64,000 nucleotides of DNA from Anaerovoracaceae bacterium (GCA_045643345.1 JAZUKP010000033.1:454-64453), one strand, 5' to 3'; shown: positions 7,943 to 16,137, numbered from the stretch's first letter. The notes: generated by a model not told the origin, from the letters alone. Program-made: numbers and translations.

Positions 7943-8106
7943 CAAAAGCCTTAAAAGAGAAAATCGAAGACATTGTGTTTGATTCATTGGCAGGGTATGT
8001 GTACGGCTATTACGGCGAGTCCGTGGAAGATGCCTGTTACGATTTGCACTCGCTTGCAAACTGCATCACAGAAGATCTGGCAAAGTTTCTTACAGAAGCG
8101 AAATAG
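7939..8106 (+). CDS. small hypothetical protein (55 aa, not in ORF track)
   Basis: ATGA start/stop overlap with 7187..7942. AAGGAGG lies 7 nt upstream. Translation: MTKALKEKIEDIVFDSLAGYVYGYYGESVEDACYDLHSLANCITEDLAKFLTEAK. Confidence 0.45.
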   Translation: MTKALKEKIEDIVFDSLAGYVYGYYGESVEDACYDLHSLANCITEDLAKFLTEAK

Positions 8107-8176
8107 CTTCTTACATTTCCTCCTTCGAAGGAAATAACAAAGCTTCATCGAAGCTGACATATATATCTATATATAA

Positions 8177-8210
8177 GATCAGCTTCGAAGGGGCTGGTCT
8201 TATTTTTTTT
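8177..8210 (+). terminator. junction terminator 3
   Basis: GATCAGCTT-cgaag-GGGCTGGTC pairs only with G-U wobbles on the + transcript. T8 runs into GAGGAG. Extra hairpins lie at 8115-8135 and 8141-8155. Confidence 0.55.
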
Positions 8211-8222
8211 GAGGAGAAAACT

Positions 8223-9050
8223 ATGAAAGAAGAAGCAAAAAGCCTTCTTACGATGAAGGGCACCCTGAAGAGTATTGCACGTGTATCGGATTACATCGAA
8301 GGGCTGATTGAAGCCGGCAATTCTGGGTTGGAAGAGAAGATCATCGAATCCAAGAAGACCATCAGCGATTGCTGGAAGTACATCACAAGCAAAGCAAAAG
8401 ACCAGGTAACAGATGGTTCTGCTTGCATTGAAGATGAAGAGGTCTACGGCTGGGCGGTGCATTACTTCGAAGAGCTGAGCCACCCGGACGGGTATGATGT
8501 GCCGAAGCCTGCAAAAAAGCCGGATGCAGCAAAAGCAGAAGATAAAACTGAGAAAAAAAGCCGCAAAAAGAAGGGCGAAGAGGTTAAGGCAGAAGAAAAA
8601 GCCGAAGAAAAACCTCCGATTATGGCTGAAGAAGTAAAGCCGGAAGCTGCTCCTGAAATGAAGGATGCAGCACCCGCGGAAACCGCAGAAGGTCTGCCGG
8701 ATGGCTTCATCAAGATTACCGAAGCCGAAGAAGATGTCTTCGCAGAGGAGGAATCTGAAGTTCTGGAAGGGCAGCTTGCTCTTTGCACTGATCAGCTTAT
8801 TCCCGAGCAGCCTGTTTCGGAGCCGGAAGCAAAAGAAGAAGAGGATCCTATCATTGACACCCCGGAAGAAGTGCTGGGCGAGAACCGCTGCTGCGCTGTA
8901 TGCGGGAAGAAGATGATGGATGCCTTCTCCGGGACCCCGGTAGAGACAATCCGCAAATGGACCGAAAGCTGGCTGCGTAATTACGGCGAAGTATTCTGCT
9001 GCAAAGACCATATGACGGAATTTCTTTCCAAGAAGGAGGCCGCTGTATGA
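8223..9050 (+). CDS. PcfK-like (AcrIIA9-family-like) protein with acidic linker and Cys-rich tail
   Basis: The N-terminal ~85 aa, ending DEEVYGWAVHYFEE, resemble PcfK-like proteins. An E/K/A/P low-complexity linker follows, then a C-terminal CCAVCGKK...FCCKDH. Confidence 0.45.
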   Translation: MKEEAKSLLTMKGTLKSIARVSDYIEGLIEAGNSGLEEKIIESKKTISDCWKYITSKAKDQVTDGSACIEDEEVYGWAVHYFEELSHPDGYDVPKPAKKPDAAKAEDKTEKKSRKKKGEEVKAEEKAEEKPPIMAEEVKPEAAPEMKDAAPAETAEGLPDGFIKITEAEEDVFAEEESEVLEGQLALCTDQLIPEQPVSEPEAKEEEDPIIDTPEEVLGENRCCAVCGKKMMDAFSGTPVETIRKWTESWLRNYGEVFCCKDHMTEFLSKKEAAV

Positions 9051-10378
9051 CGAAAGCAGAAAAAGAAAAGCTGGAAAAGGATACAGAGGAACTTGTTACT
9101 GCAAATCTTCCGATACCAAAGGAAATCAAAGCATTTTATAAAAAATGTGTTGAGCCTTCCATCGGCCGAGGATATGAATATGCGGAATACATTACCGAGA
9201 GGAAGGGAAGACTTCTTCAGAGGATATTCTGTTTTCAAGTTTTCGGGCTTGGCGGTAAAAAGCCGAGAGTCCGAGAAATTGCCCGCCGGTACGAAGGCGG
9301 AAAATTGGTCTGCTCCAATCTGATTGGCGGATATATGAGTAATCCATATCTTCCGGATACGGCGCACAGCGAGGAGATGCATGAGTCCGGCTGGGATCCA
9401 AAGTATGCGGGAGTCGTCCAAGGAAACACGAAGGCCAACTTCACGAATCCATATATTTGCGTCAACGAAAAAAGCATGATGAAGAAATATCCGTACTGTG
9501 CGTATGACCAGTACCGCGGATACCTGTGTATGTTCAAGTACTTGTGTGCATACAGGAAATACCCGTTAATTGAACTTCTGGTAAAAGCAGGATATGCCAA
9601 TTTTGTGCCGTTTGCCGGGTGGCTCGATATGAACGGAAAGACCGTCAGACAGATCTTCAAGGTAAAGCAGGATTTTGCAGCGGAATATCTGAAACACGGA
9701 AGCTCATACGATCTTTCGATTCTCCGGAAAAATGAGTGGATCGACAGCGCTGACAAGCTCGTCTCTTATGAGAAAGTCTTACATGATGATTTAAGGAGCA
9801 ACTTTTCAGATGAAGAACTCCGCTATGTGGCATGCCAGAGAAGTGATCTCCAGACATATAAGGACTATTTGAGAATTGCAGATTTACTTGCCTACCCTCT
9901 GCATGAGAAACGGTACAAATACCCGAAGAATCTGAAGGAAGCGCATGACGAAGCCAGCAAGACCTATAAGGTCATTCTCGATGCAAAAAACGATGCAGCG
10001 ATTAAGGCAGTTTCCGAACAATGCGGGAAACTTGCATTTGCAAAAAACGGATACTGCATATTCCCGCTTTCGTGCAGCCAGGATCTTATTGACGAATCCG
10101 CTGCTTTAAATCACTGCGTAAGAAGCTATGTAGACCGCGTGGTAAAAGGGGAGTCGCTTATTCTTTTCGTCCGTAAAGAATCGGATCCTGGAAAGCCTTT
10201 CGTTACGCTTGAACTGGTAAAGCCCAAGAACGTTGATACATCACTTCCGCTGGAAAAGCAGTTTACGAAGATATCCCAGGTACATGGATTGCGGAATGCT
10301 GCGCCGGATGCTGATACGGCAAAGTTCATCATGTCGTGGAAAAAAGAAAACCACCTGACCGGCTGGAAGGCCGCGTAA
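9047..10378 (+). CDS. PcfJ-like protein
   Basis: ATGA overlap with the upstream gene. The C-terminal AALNHCVRSYVDRVVKGESLILFVRK...PFVTLEL resembles the PcfJ-like family. The pcfK-pcfJ adjacency is known from pCF10. Confidence 0.45.
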   Translation: MTKAEKEKLEKDTEELVTANLPIPKEIKAFYKKCVEPSIGRGYEYAEYITERKGRLLQRIFCFQVFGLGGKKPRVREIARRYEGGKLVCSNLIGGYMSNPYLPDTAHSEEMHESGWDPKYAGVVQGNTKANFTNPYICVNEKSMMKKYPYCAYDQYRGYLCMFKYLCAYRKYPLIELLVKAGYANFVPFAGWLDMNGKTVRQIFKVKQDFAAEYLKHGSSYDLSILRKNEWIDSADKLVSYEKVLHDDLRSNFSDEELRYVACQRSDLQTYKDYLRIADLLAYPLHEKRYKYPKNLKEAHDEASKTYKVILDAKNDAAIKAVSEQCGKLAFAKNGYCIFPLSCSQDLIDESAALNHCVRSYVDRVVKGESLILFVRKESDPGKPFVTLELVKPKNVDTSLPLEKQFTKISQVHGLRNAAPDADTAKFIMSWKKENHLTGWKAA

Positions 10379-10430
10379 ATCCGCTCTGAAGGATTTGTAA
10401 TGCTCCCTCCGGGGGCTGAAGCTATCATAG

Positions 10431-10462
10431 CTGCAGCCTTCAGAGGGGCTGCAGAGTTTTTT
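10431..10462 (+). terminator. junction terminator 4
   Basis: CTGCAGCC-ttcagag-GGCTGCAG plus T6 into GAGGAG. The 24-nt hairpin is identical to 14172-14195. Confidence 0.65.
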
Positions 10463-10475
10463 GAGGAGAAGAATA

Positions 10476-10760
10476 ATGTTTACCGAAACAGATAAAAAGC
10501 TTCTATTTGAAATGGGAAAATCCAGCAGAGATATTCTTCAGATAGAACGTGCCTTCAATAAGACCAATTTCACTCTATTCTGGGAAAGATCGGGGAAAAA
10601 CTACTCAATCAGCGCAGCAAAAGCAAGTGAAATTCTCGGAAGAGCAGTATTCCTTTCTGGGCTTGCAAGAAGTACATTCCATTGGAGCGCAGTTCGTCTG
10701 GTTCCAGAGCAGGAAGGGAAGATGGTATATTTCGACAGTTCTGAGTTCTTCAGAAGTTAG
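10476..10760 (+). CDS. hypothetical protein
   Basis: 94 aa. ATG 10476 lies 7 nt after GAGGAG. Confidence 0.5.
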   Translation: MFTETDKKLLFEMGKSSRDILQIERAFNKTNFTLFWERSGKNYSISAAKASEILGRAVFLSGLARSTFHWSAVRLVPEQEGKMVYFDSSEFFRS

Positions 10761-10797
10761 TTTTACATAGCTCTAAAAGGAGCTGCAGCTTATATTT

Positions 10798-10833
10798 AGG
10801 CTCGGCTCCTTTGGGACCGGGCCTTCTTTTTTT
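10798..10833 (+). terminator. junction terminator 5
   Basis: AGGCTCGGCTCC-tttg-GGACCGGGCCT plus T-run into GAGGAGG. The upstream hairpin AGCTC-taaaag-GAGCT lies at 10769-10784. Confidence 0.65.
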
Positions 10834-10846
10834 GAGGAGGAATCAC

Positions 10847-11362
10847 ATGATAAAACATTCTATCTGGAGTAACGATGTATCTGAGATAGATGCAATCGCA
10901 CGAGGATTGATGCAGGAAGAGCCGGAGCTGTCCGAGAGGGAAGCCTGGGATCTTGCAGAAGATTACAACAGCGAGTATTTGCTGGATGAGCGCTACAATC
11001 TGAATATCTTGCTTCCAACAGACATCATCATAATTGCGGATCTGGGGCTGTGGAACGGGCGTGTCAAGGCATATAAGGAGCTTAACAGCTGCAACATCAA
11101 AAGCTGTCTTTACGCAAGTTCTGATGGAGAATATATGTCTTGGTACGTTGACGGCAATGCCGGCCGCGGGGACCTTCGGTGCGACGAAACACATCATGAC
11201 GGCACCAATCACTATCTGTATCGCAGATGGAAAGAAGGGATTTCCGAGGCAGCCAAAGAAAGTTTCTTGGAAAAAATCTACAACTCCACGGCAACCCCGA
11301 AAGATGTATCCCGGTATACAAAAAGCCTTGCACCTGAAATTGCAAAAGCCTACGGCTGGTAG
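10847..11362 (+). CDS. hypothetical protein
   Basis: 171 aa. ATG 10847 lies 6 nt after GAGGAGG. No motif recognised. Confidence 0.5.
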   Translation: MIKHSIWSNDVSEIDAIARGLMQEEPELSEREAWDLAEDYNSEYLLDERYNLNILLPTDIIIIADLGLWNGRVKAYKELNSCNIKSCLYASSDGEYMSWYVDGNAGRGDLRCDETHHDGTNHYLYRRWKEGISEAAKESFLEKIYNSTATPKDVSRYTKSLAPEIAKAYGW

Positions 11363-11421
11363 ATAGTCCGCTGAAAACGGACAGAAAAGCTCAGATAGAG
11401 CTGAATCATATTATTATTTTG

Positions 11422-11452
11422 GTTCGGCTCTTCGGAGCCGGACTGTTTTTTT
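11422..11452 (+). terminator. junction terminator 6
   Basis: GTTCGGCTC-ttcg-GAGCCGGAC plus T7 into GAGGAGG. Upstream hairpins lie at 11366-11382 and 11388-11402. Confidence 0.7.
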
Positions 11453-11467
11453 GAGGAGGATTATTTA

Positions 11468-11878
11468 ATGAGAGAAAACTTAAAGACGTTGCCCATATGT
11501 ACGTGGTTCGACGAAGAAATCGAAGTCTGCTTTGAGATTGGGGCCTACTTTTATGGCAACCGGCTGGCAGTCAATGCGCTGTGTCTGGAAGAAGGGGAAT
11601 ATGTTCCTTTTGCCGATCTTACCGTGAACCTTCCGGAAGAAGAATTATCCGGTCCCTGTTGTGCCTATCTTGACATCAACAATTTTTTCCGGGGGACATT
11701 GCTTGTGATGCAGGCTGGAATAGCGCAGCCAACCGGAAAGTATGGAAGATCCGGCTACTGCACTTATCCGGAATACGAATTTGACTTGGAAAAGCTGAAG
11801 GAGTACATCTATAATCTGGAAGAATTCGACGAAGTTAAGCGCGCGATTTTCGGAGAAGGAGGACGTGAAGATGCCTAA
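11468..11878 (+). CDS. hypothetical protein (DUF4313-like, tentative)
   Basis: 136 aa. It resembles small conjugative-element proteins (GRSGYCTYPEYEFD). The family call is low confidence. Confidence 0.4.
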   Translation: MRENLKTLPICTWFDEEIEVCFEIGAYFYGNRLAVNALCLEEGEYVPFADLTVNLPEEELSGPCCAYLDINNFFRGTLLVMQAGIAQPTGKYGRSGYCTYPEYEFDLEKLKEYIYNLEEFDEVKRAIFGEGGREDA

Positions 11879-12581
11879 TTACTGCACGTACGACCTCCGG
11901 GCAGAAGGGAAAAAGAAAGACCTTCTTACTCTTACGGATTGGCTTGCTGCGGATTATCACTATAACGAAGATCCGCCGGTTATAGTAAAAAAAGAAACCG
12001 GAATCGTTCCTACCGAGCATCACATCGGATACCGCGTATTCGACTTTTACCCGCTGGAATACGGAGAAAACTTCGAAAATGCGAGGCCGAATGAAGTAGT
12101 TAAAATGAGCGGTTACGGGGATGTAGCCTGGTCTGTTGAAACAACGATGTTCGACGGGCCGCACACCTATACCGAGGACGCGAAAGACTTGCCGAACAGG
12201 AAGAGTATTACCCTCCCGGACGCGTGCAGGATGCTGCATGTGCGAGCTGAAATTTACTCATTGGAAGAAGGCGTTGGTTTTGTGGAGCATTATCTTGTCT
12301 CCGAAGATGGAGAAGTTGTAGTCTCTGACTGCTTCGATTGTGCTGCCTTCTGGATTCCGGAGCAAAACACGCTTCAGGAAGTCGCCGAAGAGCATGATTT
12401 AGTACTGAAAGATGATAAGCTGTATTCTGCAGGAAGCGAAAAAAAACTGATCATTACAAAAGAGCAGTTTGAAGCGGTAAAAGACGCCGGCGAAGATATC
12501 TTCTATGTATGCGATATCGCAGATCCGGAATATCCTTGCTATATTCAGCAGGACTGGAGCATTGAGATACAATCTATCTAA
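11871..12581 (+). CDS. DUF1281/Api92-like ferredoxin-like domain protein
   Basis: Start moved to ATG 11871 (AGGAGGA 7 nt upstream). This gives the N-terminus MPNYCTYDLRAEG, which is typical of the family. 8-nt overlap with the upstream stop. Confidence 0.45.
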   Translation: MPNYCTYDLRAEGKKKDLLTLTDWLAADYHYNEDPPVIVKKETGIVPTEHHIGYRVFDFYPLEYGENFENARPNEVVKMSGYGDVAWSVETTMFDGPHTYTEDAKDLPNRKSITLPDACRMLHVRAEIYSLEEGVGFVEHYLVSEDGEVVVSDCFDCAAFWIPEQNTLQEVAEEHDLVLKDDKLYSAGSEKKLIITKEQFEAVKDAGEDIFYVCDIADPEYPCYIQQDWSIEIQSI

Positions 12582-12613
12582 AACGCAGGATATGCTGCGA
12601 TTCACAATTTTGA

Positions 12614-12645
12614 GTCTGCGGCATATCCCCGCAGACCTTGTTTTC
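12614..12645 (+). terminator. intrinsic terminator
   Basis: GTCTGCGG-catatc-CCGCAGAC followed by CTTGTTTTC. Confidence 0.6.
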
Positions 12646-12699
12646 TATCTATGATGTCTGAGTGAGTTTAGATATAATAGAGGATGAAAGGACGAAGAA

Positions 12700-14121
12700 A
12701 TGTTTTTCAAGAAATTAAAAAAACAAGTTCCCGATATCCCGGAAGATACACCTGCCATCACAAAAGAACAGGTACATCCGGAGCAAAGCACTTGCGACTT
12801 TATTATCCGGGCTTATGGCGGTCGGGCAAGCGCCCTGATCAGTGCTATGCCGCTTCATCCCTTAACCGGCGAAAATGCTTCGGGGGTATATCATCCAAGA
12901 TACAACAGAACTTATTATAATGATAAGATGATGCAGTTATTTAATCGTTTCGGTATAGACGAACAGCCCGGTTATTGCATCGGTTCGCTTAAAAAGAGCT
13001 TTGTTGGTTCTGAAAAGGATAGGAGCTGCAACAACAATTTTTCTATCGAAAAAGCATGTGATACGTATAATTGCATAGCCGAAATATTCGGATTTAATGC
13101 AGCAAGCGGGATCATAGAGCATCTTATTGTAGATGATACAGGGACAATTATTTTCTATAACCATCATGAAAATAAAAAGCCGTGGAATGAGTACCGCGAG
13201 GAGCTTCCCTGGATTATCAGTGATAAGATGGAAGAGTGTTTGCGCATCATTCATAATCTCCAAGAGATTGCAAAGAATCCCTCTGATGTTTACATCGACA
13301 GGGATTTTCTTTGGACGAAGGATGATACCATTTGCGGCCGGTACAGCATTGCCGAATTGAATGATCCTGATTATGACGGAATCCATGTCGTATCAAGTAT
13401 GCCGACGATGTACCGGGCCAAGATTGATTCCTTTGGACAATACATTGCTACCCCGAACACAACATGGGTCGAAGAGAATGATAAAAACAATATCCAAAGA
13501 TTTTGGGGAGCGGGAACTTATCTTTTTACGCTTTATGATACTTTTCTCGAAGAGCCGGCACGTCGTAGCTGCAATAACAACTATTCAATCTGCGACGAGT
13601 GCAAAAAAGAGGGTTCAACAATCGAACTTAACGGTCATAATCGTGAACTTCATTTCGAAGAACATATTATCATAAATAAGTTCGGAAAGCTGATTCTTTA
13701 CGAGAAGCATTCGCATAAAGAAGGTGAAGATACTGAGCATTATACGCCACTGATTTTGACGAAGGAATACACCCGGTTTTCAAAAGATTCAACAAGGCCG
13801 ATTCTTGTATGTCAAAAAACAAACAAGGAATATATAGTCACAAGTGATATATTTACCATCGGCTTCAATGAAAAAAATGATTTACGCATTGAGCAACCGA
13901 AAGAGGATCACTATGTCAGTAATTTCCATGCGACGCTGATTGTAATGCCGAATGGAAAGATAACCATATCTGACTATTCGCGCAACGGCACATTTATTTC
14001 AGGTAAAGGCTCCGAAGATGATTGCTTTGTTCGCATTCCGCCTAATATGGCTATCAAGATTGAAAACGGAATGTATGTAAAGTTTGCAAACGAAGTGTTC
14101 CAATTCTTTGAAAATTCTTAG
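12700..14121 (+). CDS. FHA-domain protein with internally duplicated N-terminal region
   Basis: The C-terminal FHA pattern is FTIGFNEKNDLRI...VSNFHATL...ISDYSRNGTFISG. Two N-terminal repeats are (D/R)RSCNNN(F/Y)SI, each followed by a beta-rich IIxxxG.IIFY/LILYEKH segment. Confidence 0.7.
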   Translation: MFFKKLKKQVPDIPEDTPAITKEQVHPEQSTCDFIIRAYGGRASALISAMPLHPLTGENASGVYHPRYNRTYYNDKMMQLFNRFGIDEQPGYCIGSLKKSFVGSEKDRSCNNNFSIEKACDTYNCIAEIFGFNAASGIIEHLIVDDTGTIIFYNHHENKKPWNEYREELPWIISDKMEECLRIIHNLQEIAKNPSDVYIDRDFLWTKDDTICGRYSIAELNDPDYDGIHVVSSMPTMYRAKIDSFGQYIATPNTTWVEENDKNNIQRFWGAGTYLFTLYDTFLEEPARRSCNNNYSICDECKKEGSTIELNGHNRELHFEEHIIINKFGKLILYEKHSHKEGEDTEHYTPLILTKEYTRFSKDSTRPILVCQKTNKEYIVTSDIFTIGFNEKNDLRIEQPKEDHYVSNFHATLIVMPNGKITISDYSRNGTFISGKGSEDDCFVRIPPNMAIKIENGMYVKFANEVFQFFENS

Positions 14122-14171
14122 TCTCTCTGAAAGACTAACAAAGCCCTCTTGGGCTGCAATAATTTTATTAA

Positions 14172-14205
14172 CTGCAGCCTTCAGAGGGGCTGCAGTTGTT
14201 TTTTT
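14172..14205 (+). terminator. junction terminator 7
   Basis: CTGCAGCC-ttcagag-GGCTGCAG (identical to 10431-10454) plus T-run into GAGGAG (14206-14211). Confidence 0.65.
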
Positions 14206-14220
14206 GAGGAGAAAAAGAAA

Positions 14221-14673
14221 TTGAGTTACTATTACGAAACAACAACAAAACTTGTAAGAGAAGAAAAGGAATTCTTATACGAACCAAAATGCACGAAAAT
14301 TTCAGATCTGGACGCAGCAAAGCAGTTTATTTTGTACCAGCTCATGCTTTCCGATAAACCTCAGGAAGAACTGTGGATCTTGATGCTTGACAATAAGCTC
14401 CATTTGATCGGGACCCAGATGATATCCAGAGGCAGCGTGAATCAATGCGCAGCCAACCCCGCTGATATTCTTCGTCCAGTAATTCTTTCCGGAGCGACAG
14501 GATTCATTCTCATACACAATCATCCTTCTGGGGATCCTACAGCAAGTGCCGAGGATAACAAACTTACCAAGACGATTAAAAGCGCATGCGAATTGCTTGG
14601 CGTGCAGTTGTATGACCACATTATTATCGGGCTTAACAACTTTTTTAGTTACAATGAGGCAGCACTGCTGTAA
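14221..14673 (+). CDS. radC: RadC-like JAB/MPN domain protein
   Basis: HNHPSGDPTASAEDNKLT JAMM motif with flanking RadC pattern (ADILRPVILSGATGFILIHNHPSG). TTG 14221 lies 9 nt after GAGGAG. The upstream part of the ORF-track frame is terminator sequence. Confidence 0.75.
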   Translation: MSYYYETTTKLVREEKEFLYEPKCTKISDLDAAKQFILYQLMLSDKPQEELWILMLDNKLHLIGTQMISRGSVNQCAANPADILRPVILSGATGFILIHNHPSGDPTASAEDNKLTKTIKSACELLGVQLYDHIIIGLNNFFSYNEAALL

Positions 14674-14709
14674 AATTGCTATTCATGCTCCTTTGGGGGC
14701 TGAAGCTAT

Positions 14710-14748
14710 GAAGGCCAAGCTCCTTTGGAGCAGGGCCTTCATTTTTTT
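14710..14748 (+). terminator. junction terminator 8
   Basis: GAAGGCC-AAGCTCC-tttg-GGAGCAG-GGCCTTC plus T7 into GGAGG. It is followed only by a 15-codon mini-ORF (14760-14807). Confidence 0.65.
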
Positions 14749-14911
14749 GGAGGTGTATTATGAAAAAGAAAATATATTGCGAGCCCAGTACGAATAGTAC
14801 GCTGTAACGTCTGTGATGTTTACAAGATTTGGTTTATGCGGTAGAATAGGAGTGACAAAACAACAAATGCTAACAAAGACAACAAAAGCTAACAAATACA
14901 ACACGGACGAT

Positions 14912-16042
14912 ATGAGAAATCCATTTACCCCAACTTTTGGCCATGTTCCAAGACAGATGGCAGGAAGAGAAGAAATCATAAACGAAATACTCAGCGGTTA
15001 TGAAAACGGCCCCGGAGATCCGAGCCTTACCACAATCCTTATCGGAGCAAGAGGTACCGGAAAGACGGCGCTTCTTTCCTACATAGCGAATGAAGCAGAA
15101 TCCGAAGGATGGATTGCAGTCAGCACGTCTTGCACCAAAGGCATGATGGAAGATATCTATGAGCAGACCATAAGAAAGTCTGAACACCTTCTGGATGAGG
15201 AAACCATGGGTCGTCTTTCAAGTCTTTCATTAAAGGTCAGCGCAGGGAAACTTGGGGCAGAAGTAGGATTCAAGTTTGATGAAAAAGAGAAAACGCTGAA
15301 CTGGAGAAGCCGAATTACGGTGATTATTGAGAAGCTGCATTCGTTAGATATCGGTCTTTTAATTACGATCGATGAAGTGAATCCAAAGCTGGATGAAATG
15401 GTGGAATTTGCATCGGTTTATCAATTGATAGCAAGGGAAAACTACCGCGTGGCATTGCTTATGGCGGGGCTTCCGCATAATGTGTCTCTTCTTACAAAGG
15501 ATACCAGCGTATCATTTTTGAGAAGAGCAAATCAAGTTTATCTTGGGCTTATCGAAGATTACGAAATCGAAGATGCTTTAAAAGAAACCGTAAAAATCGG
15601 TGGAAAAGAGATAAGTGATGAAGCAGCGCGCCGCGGCGCAGAAGCGATAAAAGGCTTCCCGTATATGCTGCAGCTGGTTGGATTTAGGGCCTGGGATAAG
15701 GCGAAAGATCGTACAAATATAACCATTGAGGATGTAGAAAAAGGGATTTCTCTTGCGGAAAATGATTTAAAAACAAGAGTTTTGAAATCCACTCTGGAAG
15801 AAGCATCAAAAAGGGAAATGGAGTTTCTGGAAGCAATGCTTCCCGATGAAAAGTTTTCTACAAGTGCGGAGATTGGGAAACGTCTTGGTTGGGAATCCGG
15901 ATATGTTTCTACTTACAAAAAAAGACTGTGCGATAAAGGAATTCTTGAAGAGATGCAGAAAGGTATATTTACCTTTGCTTTGCCGTTTTTGAAAGAATAT
16001 CTTCCTGAATTTATCGAAATGTATTGCGTGCAGCCAGAATAG
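14912..16042 (+). CDS. ATP-binding protein (archaeal-ATPase/ORC-like AAA with C-terminal wHTH)
   Basis: Family-typical N-terminus MRNPFTPTFGHVPRQMAGREEI, Walker A GARGTGKT and Walker B LLITIDEV. Alternative starts at 14867 and 14813. Confidence 0.6.
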   Translation: MRNPFTPTFGHVPRQMAGREEIINEILSGYENGPGDPSLTTILIGARGTGKTALLSYIANEAESEGWIAVSTSCTKGMMEDIYEQTIRKSEHLLDEETMGRLSSLSLKVSAGKLGAEVGFKFDEKEKTLNWRSRITVIIEKLHSLDIGLLITIDEVNPKLDEMVEFASVYQLIARENYRVALLMAGLPHNVSLLTKDTSVSFLRRANQVYLGLIEDYEIEDALKETVKIGGKEISDEAARRGAEAIKGFPYMLQLVGFRAWDKAKDRTNITIEDVEKGISLAENDLKTRVLKSTLEEASKREMEFLEAMLPDEKFSTSAEIGKRLGWESGYVSTYKKRLCDKGILEEMQKGIFTFALPFLKEYLPEFIEMYCVQPE

Positions 16043-16050
16043 AATCGAAA

Positions 16051-16080
16051 AGACTTCGGAGAAATCCGGAGTCTTTTTTT
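16051..16080 (+). terminator. intrinsic terminator
   Basis: AGACTTCGGA-gaaa-TCCGGAGTCT plus T7. Confidence 0.75.
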
Positions 16081-16108
16081 GTGGGAAACAGCACCATAAC
16101 TTAAAAGT

Positions 16109-16137
16109 ATTGACGCCAAAACGGAAATGTAGTAAAA
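16109..16137 (+). promoter_or_regulatory. sigma-A-type promoter of the recombinase gene
   Basis: TTGACG-17-TAAAAT. Confidence 0.55.

Noticed and set aside
8145-9011. 288-aa minus-strand ORF. Other long antisense ORFs are similar: 7409..8059, 8462..8788, 8981..9421, 9235..9756.
   Set aside because: They lie antisense to well-supported + strand genes with SD sequences and family motifs. They run through low-complexity GAA/GCA-rich sequence and have Phe/Leu/Ser-rich nonsense-like composition. They have no SD.
6278-14753. The junction hairpins as integron attC sites.
   Set aside because: There is no GTTRRRY/RYYYAAC core pair, no integron integrase and no attI. All hairpins are followed by T-runs and SD sequences, which fits RNA terminators better.
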